Shown here: positions 1-14,400 of the stretch, one piece after another
Numbering within the stretch: the first letter of the stretch is position 1
Layout: each line of letters opens with the position of its first letter
Assembly: GCA_964187785.1 (NCBI GenBank)
Contig: OZ076413.1
Span: forward strand, 48,672,001-48,736,000
DNA: 64,000 nt
DNA from: Amphiscolops sp. MND2022
Lineage: Eukaryota
Direction: 5' to 3'
Program-made: the position numbers and the translations under genes
The notes under the pieces: model-generated
Seen by the model: the letters and a program-made list of their open reading frames with translations, nothing else
What the model was told of the DNA's origin: nothing
Database searches by the model: none

Positions 1-960
1 ATTGTTAAAATTTTTCATTCGAATAGCTGACTTTTTTGAGCAATTATGGGTTTGATGCATCTGGGTTTGTTTGTCATTTGGATATTTTGCTACCATTCCA
101 ACCCAACCTAGGCCTCCGTTCCATCCTGAATGAATACACAGTATGTGTGGTGATCGACAAACGTCCCGTTTGGAATTTTGCTTCGTCTTAGCTGCCCCTA
201 AATTGTTATTACTTCGGAGATTCAGAGTGTGCATTTTTGTTCAAACTGTTATGTTGATTTTCTATCAAAAGCAAGTTTATTGCTCAGTATGGGTTCTACG
301 ACATAGCTGGCGAACTTCACTTAGAGTTTGAACCCTTGTTTGTTCTTAACGCGATATCATGAGAAGTTTCACTGAACTGAAGCACAGCATCACGATGGCG
401 GTTGAATTGGTATGTCAAGTATAATAACCATCCATCCACTGTGTGAACATAAATTGAATACACCATGCCGAACGGCGTGCTGGTCAAAATGTTCGGTGAG
501 AGACCGAGTCTCGCTTTATTTCGTCTGCTCATATAAAAATTACGTCGTTTCTTCTACTCTTGGCAACTTTCACTTCAACGTCTGAAAGCTTCAAGAGCTT
601 GAATGGACTCACTACTCAAACTCAGCAGGTCTAATTTCACCTGTGACCAATTTGGACCATTTGCGCGCACTAGTATTTTACTACAGCCAGTTGAACACAC
701 TTACGATACTGTCAACTTTTGTAACCTGTTTAGTCAGACTTGAATCTCATTACTAGATTGTCACATTGCACAACCACATTTGTTAAGAAGTCCAGAGTAC
801 TCAAGCTTGCTGCTGGCTTCTATTTGAGCCAATTTATTCACGATCTTCTCAATTTCTCAGTCTGTGAAGTCATTCAACAAAACTTTAGATCACTTACCAT
901 GGTGCCAAAGAGTTTTCAGCTCGATAAAAACCGATTCATCACTTTTTAAATTTACCAGTG

Positions 961-2491
961 ATGCAAAAAATTTTGTTATTCTTATTTTTAGTATCCGTTT
1001 CCAGGGGTGTTTACCAACCCCTGGAGCAACAGTTCCGCAGCAATGACGTCATCGCAGTAGACCTGGAGTCTGAGAACTGTCTAGTGTCTGCTTACGATGA
1101 GGACTTCATTTACGTCGGATGCAGAAACAGAGTCGCAATAGTGAACGCAATTTCAGGCGAGTTGAATCATCCTGTGTTGTATACACCAACATGTGAGTCA
1201 TTAGAACTAGACTGTCCAGTCAATCAAGTTTTGGCTCTATACCCCCTGAAGAAAAACATCATGACGTGTTTCACAGAGCAGACCAAAGCTTTCGTTTGCA
1301 CTAGATTCCGGAAAGCCAACTCAGTTTCCGGATTCATGATAAAACCGTTCGATGAGAACTTCAGTTTTCGCAGTCTTCTTTTGACCCCAACTTCGCTGAA
1401 CCCTTATTATTTCGACAGTAGAAAAAATTTGTTCATAGGTGGATATTTGGGAACCCCTTTTCCTGAGATAATGAAACTCAACCTGGAAGATGAAAGCAGC
1501 TACACTGCCGCTTTGAAAATAAGTCGAGGTCTCCACGACAAACCTCAACAAATTCTAGCGGGCAAGCCTGAATTTATTGCATTTATTGAAATTGAAGAGT
1601 TCATGTATGTTTTTTTGAATGAAGAATATTTGGAAAACACATTGGAAGTTTCCAGCGCCAATGATCGCACCAAAACCCCGAACGATGGCCTTCAAAGAGC
1701 TCGAGTTATTCGTCTCTGTGCAAACGACGAGCCTTCAAGCTTCAAGCTATGGTCCTATTTCGTGAAAGCCAAGATAAGTTGTTTGAAAAATGACACACTT
1801 TTCACAAGAATTACGTCAGTAGTTTACGACCAAGACGCAAGCTTAATATTTGCCACTTTTTCAGCCCAAAATGAGTTTATTAAGGGCTCAGCGATCTGCA
1901 CTTATGATGTGGCTGCTCTGAACAAGAAGTTTTCAGGCGACCTGTTCGAGTGGATACCAAATGACGAACTTGCGCGAGTAGCAAATTTTGATCCTACTTT
2001 TCAGTGCAAATTCGACAAGAGCGTCTTCCCAATACAAAATTTCAAATTATTGCTTCAAGGCGCCATTGAAGCGCAATCTAATGTCGTAATAAACGATTAC
2101 ACAGCTGTAAAAACCGCAATGAAGACTTATGTTGAAACTGGCTCAAGGTCTTTACGAAGCGTGACTTTGAGTGTATCGAATGATGGCTATCTGTTACGTC
2201 ATCATTTCATCGATTCTTCCACAGTTTGCCCTTTGACCCCTTTCAAATTGACCTTTGACTTGAACGAGCCAGTGATTGACCTCCATCTTGTTGATTCCCC
2301 GGACCCCGAGCAACTGCCAAAACTTGCCATTGTTCAAAAATCTAAGCTAACGCTAGTCCCCATCCAAAACTGTGCAGTCTTCTCGAGCGAGAGATCTTGC
2401 GAGGCTGCCCAAGACCCTTTCTGTTTCTGGGATGCAGAATACTCAGAAGACGGGAGCGGAAAATGCAGGCCCACGACTTCTTCAGAAACAG
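961..2491 (+). CDS. Semaphorin exon 1: signal peptide + Sema + PSI
   Basis: 535-aa ORF; ATG at 961 is preceded by a possible acceptor tttaccAG (957-958); donor ACAG|GTGAAA at 2492, phase 1. Confidence 0.9.
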
Positions 2492-5400
2492 GTGAAATCC
2501 TACATATTTTGAATGATCGCTGCTTGATTATAATTCTCATGAATCTGTCCTCAGGAACACGATAATTTTTCAGTTTGTCTGGAACGAACAACTTGTTGCG
2601 GAGAAACAGCATGAACATTCAGATTTGTCAAAAACGTTGAATTACTCGAAATTTCAATTGTTGTCGTACTATTAGCATACAATGTTACAAAAGAAAACGA
2701 TAAAATACATGAATCGAAGTCATAATTGATATCCTCAAAGAACCATTAAAACTTTTTCTAGTTTTTACTCAGTATGTGACTCAATAGGTGACTTTATTGT
2801 ACGCTTTAATGCTCAAAGTTCTACTTTTACCTTTCACGTAGTGCCATTACAGAAGGCTGTAAATTCTTGTGAATCACCCGCTCTGTGGCTAACTTCTCCG
2901 AGCGCGATCGAAATCGGCTTGCAAACAAGACGCGTGCTCGCCAGCGGGATATTCTCTTCCCAAACGAATCTACCAAGGACATAATTTTGAGGCCCACGAG
3001 TAACCAATGCACTATGGAAAAATGTTTAAAAATTAAATTTTTATACATCTTATACCATTTCGAAATGAAACACATAATTTAGGAATACGCTAACTATTTA
3101 ACTTATTCGTTGTTGAACGGTGTGGTACCAGTACCCACATAAAACTTCCAAAATGCAACTCAAAAGTCACGGTCAAAAGTTCCAAAATGCAACCCAAAAG
3201 CCACTGTCGAAAGTTGAGAATAAAATGGAAGAAAATCAATTCCCGAAATTACTTCCTGTATTGGAGATTAGCCCATTTTTAACTTTTTTCTCGATCCTGT
3301 TTCCCGAAGAGCCATATGGTCAACTGATGATGGACTTCCAGCTGGAATTCTGCTCTAGATCACAAGGGTCTATTGTTGATGTCTTTTCACTTTTGAGGAA
3401 AACTTTTTGAGTGTTTTTTTGATATAATTCTTCCGCGTACTGATAACTAAATGTTTCAATGGTGAGCCTGCTAGAATTTCTGATTTAAAAAAAACAACCA
3501 AAAATGGTCCGAATTTGATGGTTTAACATCAGTTATACGGGAAATTTGGACTTTCGACTCGGTTGTCGTCATTTTCGAGGAACTCTTGTGAAGACAACTC
3601 CCACTCTCACCAATTTGCACGAAAAACGACAAAAAACTGGAAAACTTTCGATTTCTTGACACTTTTGTGGTGACACTTTTTCGAAGCAAGAAACTACGTA
3701 TTTTGTTTCAAAAAAGCCTACTGAACAAAGAGGTCATTCATTGATGAACATTGTTAACGTTCCTAACAATGGAATTTTCCAACAATTACACAAAAAATGC
3801 ATTGAAGCCTAAAAATGTTCAAACCTCTGTCTTTTTTGTGGTAATTTTGATGTCGCTTTGGGATCAACAAAAAAGTTCAAACATTTCTACAAGTGTATGT
3901 CGCACATAACTAAGTTCATGTGCGTTGTATTTTATGGGCGAGCTTTTTTATTTTGAGAGTAAAATTGGAACATGGCAGACTTCGAGGGGTTGGCAAAATT
4001 GGGCTTGTGTTAAGTATTCTCCTTTCCCATATTGAAAACGGGCGGAAAGTAAAAATTGAAAGCATGGTTTTCTTTTTGATTCCAACTTATAGATCTCGAT
4101 ATTTGTATCTTTTTACAAATCTGAAAACAATTGAAACAAAAGAGTTACAAATTTTGGTCCCCGATCTAGCAGATTTGGAGAAAATTTAGTTTTAAACTTT
4201 GAGGAGCTAAGATAATTGTATAGCTGTCAAGGATGCAAAAAAAATGTTTTTAAAAATTACTTTTAAAAAACATTTATTTGTTGCTGGCTCACAATGAATT
4301 CATTGAATATATGGTCCAACATTGTGTGAGGAAAAAAATGTATGGTTCGAACAAAGATTTCGTTTGTACTTTTCTTGGACTGTATTTATAACTATCAAAA
4401 ATTTTAGCAAAATTTCTCAATCGATTTTTCTAATCGAATATAAATATTGCTTAATCCGAATACTTAACAATTGTTCGAGGAATTGAATTGCGTTTCGTGT
4501 ATCTCGCCTATACGATGATAACGACTCGAACCATGATTTACGACTTATTAATTTTCGACAAATACCTGGAATATCTGTCAGGATCTGCACAGATCTGTAC
4601 AGACTCGCAGGGAGTGCTCAACATGGAATTGGAACAAAGTCTAATTATAATGTACAAAATTAGGAATGTACTTTCTTTATTTATTGTTTTCTTTATTTCA
4701 ATGAAATATATTTTTCTCACAACCCTCATAGCTGGAATCCCACAAACATGAAAGGATTCGATTCCGTTGGAAAGTGAGAAAAATTGACCCACAATTGTTT
4801 TTAAATATTTAATTAGTTGACAAGTGCGCATTTATAACTATATCAGATTATTAACAGAATTAGAAATGACTGACTATGTGCGAATTCAATTTTGGCGATA
4901 ATGGGACTGAACTCATTTTGTGCCCAAAAAATATATACAAAACCAGGTGAAAATATTTACCTCATCTACAAGTTGAGTGGATCGAGACTATATATAAAAC
5001 AGAAAAGCTGCAAATTTTTCAAATTGTTTCAAATATCAACAGGAAAAGATGCTTCTTGTCCTAGTGGTACTTTGCATAAGTTTTTAGATTTCTAAGGTTG
5101 AGTGAAATTGGGAAATGCCTCTACCGGTGCATTTTTTGTGAATCGGGGGGATATCTGGTAACACCATGCTTTTCACCACTAGGATGTCCCGCCTTTGATC
5201 AGTCACGCCTGCATAATATTTCACACACCTTCTGTAGAAGTATTTTGGTCACTTCGAGAGCATTGAAAAAACCTGATGGAAAACCACTACCATAGGAAAG
5301 CTAACATTCAAGTACAGTGAAATTAGTACGGGTGTTGAAACCTGTTCCTAGTTATGCGGAAAACGCATCTTTAAGAAGAATTTGATCAAATCGTTTTCAA

Positions 5401-8400
5401 TGTTTGGCTATGAATTTTTCAGGGAAAGGTCGAAATGGATGTGCTTACCAACTGATACCAGCCGACTATTCTGAATGGAGTGACACCTACACCTGTGCCA
5501 ATGGGTGTGAATGTCGACATAAGCACTGCATGGCTGCCAACTTTGATCTCCTGAATGTCACCCATTGTCCCCAAGGCAAAAATCAGACTTAGTATTACGA
5601 AGAATGAATGTTCAGAATATACGTGGGCGATGAAGTAGTAGCCTTCGTGCAAAAAAACGGTTTTCTTACCATTCAACCAATAATTTGATCAAACTTCAAA
5701 TGTTGCCACGCTAGAGTCGAGAAACAGAACAAATAACTTTCCAATAGTTTTCGTACGTTAAAACTCATTTTCGACTTGCTTGTCGATGTTGCGGATAGTA
5801 AAGCGACAATTCGTTTCAAGTGACAATTCATCCCAAGCGACAATTCGTCTCATTTTGAAAAGGCGACAATTCGTCCCAATTATAAAAAGCGACAATTCGT
5901 CCGAAATTGTTTTTATCCCAAATTGTTGAGGATTGCTCCGAGGCAAAGACCACATTGACATTTTGGCTGACAATTGAACCATAATTGTGTCTGAGGAAAA
6001 AGGTGATGGCCGGTAGAAATTGTACTGAATACCATTTCAAGTGAATTCAAAACCAACTATGCAAAGAAGCGACTTTTCACGCTCGAGAGTAAACACTTAG
6101 AAATTCGTCAGATTAGATTATGTTTCAACATAAAATTACCTGAAAGTTTGTGAAACGAACAAATTGATCAAAATTTCTCAAGTTCGAAGCGTCAATTGCA
6201 GAATTCAAAGTACCCAACAGATTATCATTATGATCTTTTTCTGTTGGTCCCACATGTTAATGACACGCATTGTTTTACATAGAGGCGAAGCCGTGCTTCG
6301 CAAACACTTGCGAAGAAAGTTGTGAACTTTTCAAGAGGAAACCAAATAAGTATCATACGGACAACCAAGGGTAAAAGGACAATAATGTTAAAATTTCATC
6401 AATTTTACAGCCCCAAAAATACTCGAAGGGATACGCATAAATCTCGAACACCATTCTTCTCCAACTGGAAACTGCAAAAAATCTCTCTTTCTCAACGGAA
6501 AACAGAAAATTGAGGAAAAAATATTTCGAAACTTTCCAAAAATTTTTTGATGAAGGTCACCGGTAAATCGCATAGTGCCGAAAACGTTGAGGAGTCCTTT
6601 ACGCCCGTAAAAATGAGGGGGCTTCGATGAAAACTAATTTTAAAAAAGTCGCATAGAAAAAACACCGGTCTTTAAAAAAAAACGAAAATCGGATATAGCG
6701 TGCTCGGCCTGAGAAAACCTAATTTTAAGACAAAATTTATTCCTTTTGAAAAATCTCACAATGCCGAAACCTGTAAAAGGGAGCCCCTTTGAGATTTTTT
6801 AACATCCATTCTGTTGCAGAATTTCAAAAAACCGAAAGGAGACCGTTTGGAATCTTTCGAAAAATTTTCGAAAAAAAAACAAAAAATGAGAAATTTTAAC
6901 AGTCTAATAGTGCCAAAAATTTTGAAAAAAAGGACCCTTTGGGATTTTCTAACATTCGTTCTGTTGCAAAATATCAAACAAATTGAAGGGAGGAACGTTT
7001 GGGGACATTAAAAAATTTTCGAAAAAAAGTCTCACAAAGCCGAAAGGGGGGAAGTCTCTAGTGCCGAAAAAAGTGAGAACCTTCTGCTTGAAGCACGAAA
7101 AATCTTACCACTAGACCACGAACGCGTGAACTGTGCGACTTGCCGCGTGAAACGAGAGTTATCGCCCGGAAAAAAAAGCGCCCGTACTTTCCCATAACAC
7201 TTGCTTATCGCAAGTGTAACAAGACAGATCCTTCCGTAACTTCATAATTTTGAATTTTTCGAATTAGTGCACGTATTTCCGAATTTCCCTGCTTATTGAA
7301 AGCCTGTTTTTGCCAATAGTCGTTGAAAAACAATGTAAACAAAAATTACAGTGGCACTGATTTTATGCTGATGCAGAAAGAAAGGTATTTTGGGGAAATT
7401 TAGGGGAAAACTAATGTTTCACCTTAAAAAATCCGAATGAATCAAGTGTTTCTGAATGACTGAACATCCAAAAAGCGGTAAACACAATTTGAACAACTTT
7501 CAGTTATGAGGCATCAGCAAAGTAGATTTTGAAACGATCTATTCTCTTTTTCATACACGCCGCGAATTTATTAATGGTACGTTTGTCATAAGTTTGATCA
7601 ATGTAGCTATGAAGTTGTCAAAAATACAATACCAACCTTCCTTTGCATACGAACGCTGTTTTCGAGATTCTATTGATTGGTAAAATGTTTTAAGTTGTTA
7701 GGGTGTTTGAGCCAGCCATGTATTAAAATCGTGATGTTTTTTTTTGCCACATGCTGCTAACAAAAAAGAAGCGGTAGCCATTTTTAAGATTTAACTATGT
7801 TCCATTCATAATTTTGACTATAGAAATGTAGTTCTGAAACAATGACATATCACGTCTGGTTTGTGTCCCCTCCTCCTCCACAAGGTCCCTTTGTTATGGA
7901 CGTGTCCAAGTGCCCAGTGGCGGGAAACTGGAGTGCATGGAGTGCATGGAGCGAGTGCGTCAACAACCAGAGGACAAAAGAGCGGCGCTGTGACAGTCCC
8001 GAACCCAAGTACGGAGGACAGGACTGCGTGGGGGCAAAGATCATATACGAGAAGTGTGACAAACAAGAAAAGCCTATAGGTCAGTTTCTGATTGGCAATT
8101 ATCTGTTACAATTGACAAGTTCTGAAGCATTCTGAAAATTTTACACTTGATTCGGAAGTTATAATGGGAAATCTAAACAAAAACAAACTTGTAGGACGAT
8201 ATAGCGTGAACGAAAAATTCTTCTTTGCTCAGAAGAAAATTGCAGCCATGAATGAAAATTTGAATTTGGCCGTACGGCGACAACTCATATCAGGCGACAA
8301 CTCATATCAATTTGAAAAAGCGACAACTCTTATCAAGCGACAACTCATCAATCAAAACTCATATCAGAACATCAAAATCTACATAAGAAAATTTAATGTG

Positions 8401-11400
8401 AATAATTAATTAGATAATTAGAGGAAATTACTTAATTGATGAATAATTATTAGAAATAATGAAATAGTAACAAGATTTTATGGTAAATATCAGTGTCATG
8501 GATAATCACTCTCTTAGAATGCAGGTCATTTCGCCTAATGCCATTTCGCCTAAAAATTTAGTTGAGTCATTTCGCCTAAGAAAATTAGGCGAAATGACCA
8601 AACGGGAATAACGTCTAAATAATCATGTTTCGAAAAAGGCTTTCTGAAAGCGAAAATATCAAAATGTGGGGCATATGCGGTGTATGCACACTCGCCCTCA
8701 CCGTCGCAAAGACCAGCTCCCACTACGATCGCTTCGCGATCTCCGTTCCCGCTAGGTCTTTGCTCCTGTTCGACCTCGCTTAGCAAGATGGAACATAAGC
8801 GGCCCCAAGGGGCCGCGGGGCACTAGAAGGAATGGGACATATCCGAGGCACGTTTTCTATTTGTTTTCCACTATTTGTTTTCCAATTTCATGTGTTTTTC
8901 ACGTTTCTGAAAAAAAATTAGGCGAAGTGACCAAAGTAAAAGACGTTTCGCCTAAAAAAATTAGGCGAAGTGACCAAACACGTTAGGCGAAATGACTTTA
9001 GGCGAAATGGCATTAGGCGAAATGACCATTTCCCCTCTCTTATCACACCTTCATACAAAAGGGTTGCAGAGAAAATATTCTTGAGTATAGCGCATAAAAT
9101 GGAAAATAAGTCCAAATATTCTTTGGAATTTCTAATTGTAGTTAATGATAAAGTATTACAATTAGGTATTATTACAATTTAGTTATTTGTAACCTATAGA
9201 CAAACCTGATATGAGTTGTCACTTTTTCCTAATTGATATGAGTTATCGCTTGATATGAGTTGTCGCATTTTGGAATTGATATGAGTTGTCGCCTGATCTG
9301 AGTTGTCGCTTGATATGAGTTGTCGCTTGATATGAGTTGTCGCTATGCCGAATTTGGTTGTTCTTAAGAAATTTTGAAATGATATTCTCCAATTCACTAT
9401 CTATACTTCTAGGGTTCCTCTGAAATCAGTAGTCTTGGTCTTGATTTATCATGATTTGAAAACTTTTCAACTATCCAAATTATATGTCAGAAATTTTTGG
9501 ATTGTAAGTTTTTTCTTCTGAAGATTTTTCTGCATCAATTACTTTGAGTCACCGAGTAGTCATGCAAAAAATGAGATCAACTTCTTGAGAAAAATGCTTT
9601 TGTCATTATTCCGCATAACTTAACCAGATTAATTATAAGTATCTGTCATGCAAATTGAGCAGCTTGAAAATTCAGAAGTAGTAACGAGCTTGAGGCACTT
9701 TTATGATTATCTAATGATGATTTTAAGAGCTTGAAATTACTATTTCGGCGACATGAAATTTGTCACGGAGTAGTTGCAGCTCAGACAATCTGAAGTATTC
9801 GTAATTTATGTTCATTTGAACGAGACGAAACATGAAAGCACCGAGAACTTGAACGTTGGAAGAAATGCAAAAAAAATCAACCTCAGAGACATAAAAGATG
9901 TACATGCAATGTCATCATATGCATTTTCGAATATACATTTCTGAAACAGTTTTTTTTGGAAAAACTTGAAATCCGAATTTTTCATCACATGAATAACTTT
10001 CAAGATTGTTGAGGTTTAAATCAATCGTGAATAATTCATGAATCTTTTAAGAAGTATTCAGAGAATTATTCAATACTTTAATTCAATGAATAATAAAACA
10101 ACACCATGTGCGGACGATATGCCTAATCTAAGTTGTGCCTGAAAGCTCCGTGTCGTTTTAAAAACAACCCCCTGGCCATTGACTAATTTTGATCCAAAAG
10201 TTCAATGAAAAAGCAAAATTGTCAGAATGACAACTTAATATAGCCAACACAAGTTCACCTTTTCCTTCAGACCTAACATTCCATGAATAGTCATAATTTC
10301 AACACCCTTTTTAGTTCCCCCTGTTCTGAGTAGACACGTATCTGATTGGTCCACATGGATGATTGGCAAGGTAGACGTAAACAAGAACCGCTGGACTGAG
10401 ACAAGAATCAGAGCCCAGTTCTACCCACCCTCGTCCAGTGGAGGCAACCAATTAGAGACGAGGTCTCCCTCAGTGCAGTTCGAGAGCATGGACAGAAACT
10501 GTTCACTCTTGGTCTCCCAGACATGCCCTACCTCCCCCATCATGGCCGATCTGCTAAGCACGTGGAGTGAGTGGTCACCCTGCAGTAGTGCTTGTGGGGA
10601 GGGGAGACGCATCAGAAGTCGCAGGAAGTGTTTGGGTTAGTATCTTGGGAGATCCGAAGCGTATCAAACACAGCATGGAATCGCTGCTACTTTTGATCGT
10701 TATTCGCTACTTCAAGTGAAAGCTGCCTTACTGCTTTCGCTGTTTCTTTTCGATAGTTTTAGAATAAAACGTTTCAACTATAACAATAATACAGTCTATG
10801 AACTTGCTTGTTTTGGACGTTGCATGTCAACTGTCATGGGAAAAATCCTTTGAAGTGCAGTATGACCTGGGCTTGTTTCCAAAATTTGTTTGCACTTGAA
10901 GTTTTGTCAAAGGTGAATATGGCGAAATTGGGCGATTATGACTTGCATAGAGCGTGGACAAAATTCAAACATGCTGGCAACGGCATAAGTAGTCTCTTGA
11001 CTTAAAATTAATTGAAAACAAAGTCTCTCAAAAATGCTCAGGGATATTTTTGTGTAAAAATTGCAAAAATATGTGCCAAAGAATATCCAAGTAGGGAACC
11101 TTCGAACTTCTAATTGTTTTAGCCAATATAAAGCGTTTTGAGAACCTGAAGGTCATACTTTGGCTTTTTCGGCAATTCGATTTTTTGAAAATTATATATC
11201 AAAAAAATGGCAGACTGCCGAAAAAACCAAAGATGAAATAAACACATTGTCCGAGAAATGTTGCACTGTGCCAAAAAACACAAAAAACCTTGATCAAGTC
11301 TAACATTGCAGCTATATTCGGATCTTTCTTCATCTGAATGTATTCACAGTATCGGTTCTCGCTCCCTGTTCCGTTTTGTCGCGTTAAGCGAATCCCTCAT

Positions 11401-14400
11401 TCTGATTCTCGCCTCCCAAGCTGTCATGAACTAGTGCACCCTGATCTGAGGTATAAGTCTATTAATACAAGTATTTTCAAAATTTTGTTAACTGTTGTGT
11501 TGCTCGTTTATGCCGTGGACCATGACAGTTTTGAAAATTTATGAATCACCTTTGGTAAGGTTGGAACTGGTATTCCTGACATCTCGTTTGATCAAAATTT
11601 AATTGCATATAATTCTTTCAAGTAGCACTCACTATTTCCCCCCTTAAATATATTCATTGTAGGTCTAGTTTGCAACGAGGTAGAGACGAGTACTGAGGTT
11701 TGCAAGGAGAGGGAGTGTCCACAGCCCCAAGCCAGTCGCACTGACCTGCTGTGCTGGAGCGAGTGGACCCAGTGCAGTTCCCAATGCGGACAGGGGATCC
11801 GTACCCGCCAACGCATATGCCCATCAGACAACTTCTTCAACTGCATCGATGGTAGGCTTTCAAACAAGTCGACAAACGATATGAGAATTACCTTGCTTGT
11901 CGTATAACATTTGCAATCAAGCGAGTAACTTAGGCTTTTCATTGAGCGTATAAAATGTTACTTAATTTAGGGTGGAGTGGATTGAGGGTACCTAGTAAGC
12001 ACCTTTCGACGGCCTCATCGGGAATCCGCAGTGTACTTTTATAAATGTCACTTTCGCTCTCAATTCAATCTCTATCAACTAATTTCATGGGTTGTAATCC
12101 ATATTTCATATTGAAAATGAAATTTGCTCGTTTAATTTGGTTCTACAACTAAATCCTGATTTCGTCCTGAAAGTATTACCAACAAACTCCAATCGCTGAG
12201 AAATGAATTTCGCAGGGTCCAAAAAACTGGCTGCTTCGTAATAGAACTAAAGCATGAGAAATTGTTTTCAAGTTTGATAAAGTTTGATTTGATTGTCCAC
12301 CAATTCAATATACAGCAGGTAAAATTAGGCAATGACAATTGATAATCAGCTTTTCATCAGATACATTTTTGAAAGCATCTTGAAGCTTGCCCAACGTGAG
12401 ACAATCGTTGCAGAAAAGGAAGATGAATTGTTGAAGCTCAGCTCCCTAACGAGGACTCTGATTAAAATTTGTATGCCTTCAAACAAAAGTAGGGCCAGCA
12501 TAAAATCACGCGCGTGAATTAGCGTGATTTTCTAGCCAATTAGAATGCTCCGTGACGTGGCGTGATTTTACAGCGGAACTAGAAATTGGCGGAATATGAT
12601 GGTTTTGAAGTAACGGACCATGTGTTCAATTTTCCCTTAACACGAAAACACAATTGGTTAAGGTAAATACTTAGAGGATTGTTTCTACAACTATTTTGCA
12701 ACTTCAGGCAAAACAACCCTAATTTTTTGATATTGTTGGCCAAAATAGCAGAAATTCACGCTTGAAACAAGCTAAAATTGTTTAAATTGGCCACTATTCA
12801 AATGCAAATTTTCTCTATGATAAGATCTAGTGAGCAACTTTTGAATGACAATCAATGTAATGGAGAGGATTACGTCGACATCAATTATTTTATTGACCAA
12901 AATTTCAACGCAAACGATGTCGACATTCGGTATTCGAACCTTGCGTCTTATTTCCCTCCTGCGGCCGTTTGGGGAGGAAAGATCACAAGGTCCGAAGTAA
13001 CTATTCTAGTTTTTTTCAAATATTGTCACTTCAGACCGCCAAATGGGCCCAGAAAATTTTAGCGTGATTTTCGATTCAAAATAGCGTCAAAAAGTGCGTA
13101 ATTTTTGGGCATGTTCGCGCGTGATTTTTTTGTTGGCCCTAAACAAAAGTTACTACTCTTGTTGAACATGCCTAACCTTTTCACTTGTTCTTTAAAGTTG
13201 CCAGCAACTTTTATAATGATTTTCTAAAACTCTCACGGAAACTTTAATGCGTTAAAATTTCCCTGTTGTCGTCCATCAACTTTCACCAAGCTGTTTGAAA
13301 GAATCATCATCAAAGTTTTGGCGACAGTTTCAAGCCGGCCGTGAAGTTCTGCAAGTTTCATTATGCATCAGTTCTAGTTTCAAATGCAGCTGAAACGTCA
13401 ACAATTTTGCCGCCATTTTAATGCAAATTAACTTCATTCACAATGTAAGGTGTCCGAACATTACGCCCAAGGACATTACGCCCAAAAACAATACGCCCAA
13501 GGATATTACGCCCAAAGCGGACATTACGCCCAGTAATTATACACACAACAATCTTTCAAATTATTGGGCGTAATATCCGCTTTGGGCGTAATGTCCTTGG
13601 GCGTATTGTCCTTCAGCGTAAAGTTCCAAAACCACAATGTAAACAAACTAGCGTCATCTTCAGCTCTCTATTTGAGAAGCGGTGACTAAATAAGATGAGT
13701 AGTTGAGAAATCAATGTGTGAATAAAGGGGAAAATATTTTCAAATTTAATTGTAGTAGTGGAATATGCAGTCTGATTCTACAAGATTTACTGCAAGAACC
13801 CCACTGAATTTTCTAGGTTTTATAAAAAAATTACCCTGTATGCAGGCCTGCAGCATGTAGCAAGTTCCAGCGTCTCGACGAGGGTGTGACCAAAAGCTTG
13901 TTTTAAGCTGTATACAAAAGCCTTGCCGTATACGCTGATGGTTGTCGTATGCGGCACTTTAGCTTTTGTGGGCATGCATGGTGACATCGTTGGTGTCTTA
14001 CAAATGGTCAGAAACAACAAGACGGGAACATCCCAAGTCGGCGCTATATCTAAGGCTCAAAAAGCGCAAAACATTTTTTTGGAAAAAAACTTGAAATTTT
14101 CGAAAAAAAAATTTCTTTCGGAAAATGTCGCACAGTGCCGAAAAATGTAAAAGGGGGACCCTTTTTGATTTATAAACACGCATTCTGTATCAAAATAACA
14201 AAAAACTCAAAGGGGGGACCCTTTGGGGACATTAAAAAAATTCGAAAAGTCGCACAGTGCCAAAAAAAAAATCGAAAGGGGGGACCCTTAGGTCCCGTCC
14301 GGGCTTGCAAATAACGTTTAAAAAGTAAAAAATCAAAGGGGGGATCCTTTGGAATAATTTACATGCGTTTCCCTGGTATTTAGTTTCCTTTAGTTGAACG

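Noticed and set aside
958..960. GTG start given by the ORF track
   Set aside because: Eukaryotic gene; the ATG is at 961, and the G at 958 belongs to a probable splice acceptor
2492..2565. C-terminal 24 codons of the 535-aa ORF as a secreted semaphorin end
   Set aside because: Read-through into intron 1 after a good donor; the downstream TSP1 exons join in phase (an intron-retained isoform is not excluded)
7095..7125. tRNA gene (A-box-like TGGTCTAGTGGTAAGA on -; similar motif near 28078)
   Set aside because: No B-box or cloverleaf can be completed; at most a tRNA-derived repeat fragment
8277..9343. Short spaced repeats as CRISPR- or iteron-like arrays
   Set aside because: They form inverted arms with TSDs, i.e. 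foldback MITEs
12778..13062. 94-aa ORF inside the hAT MITE
   Set aside because: No transposase motif; the element is too short to be autonomous
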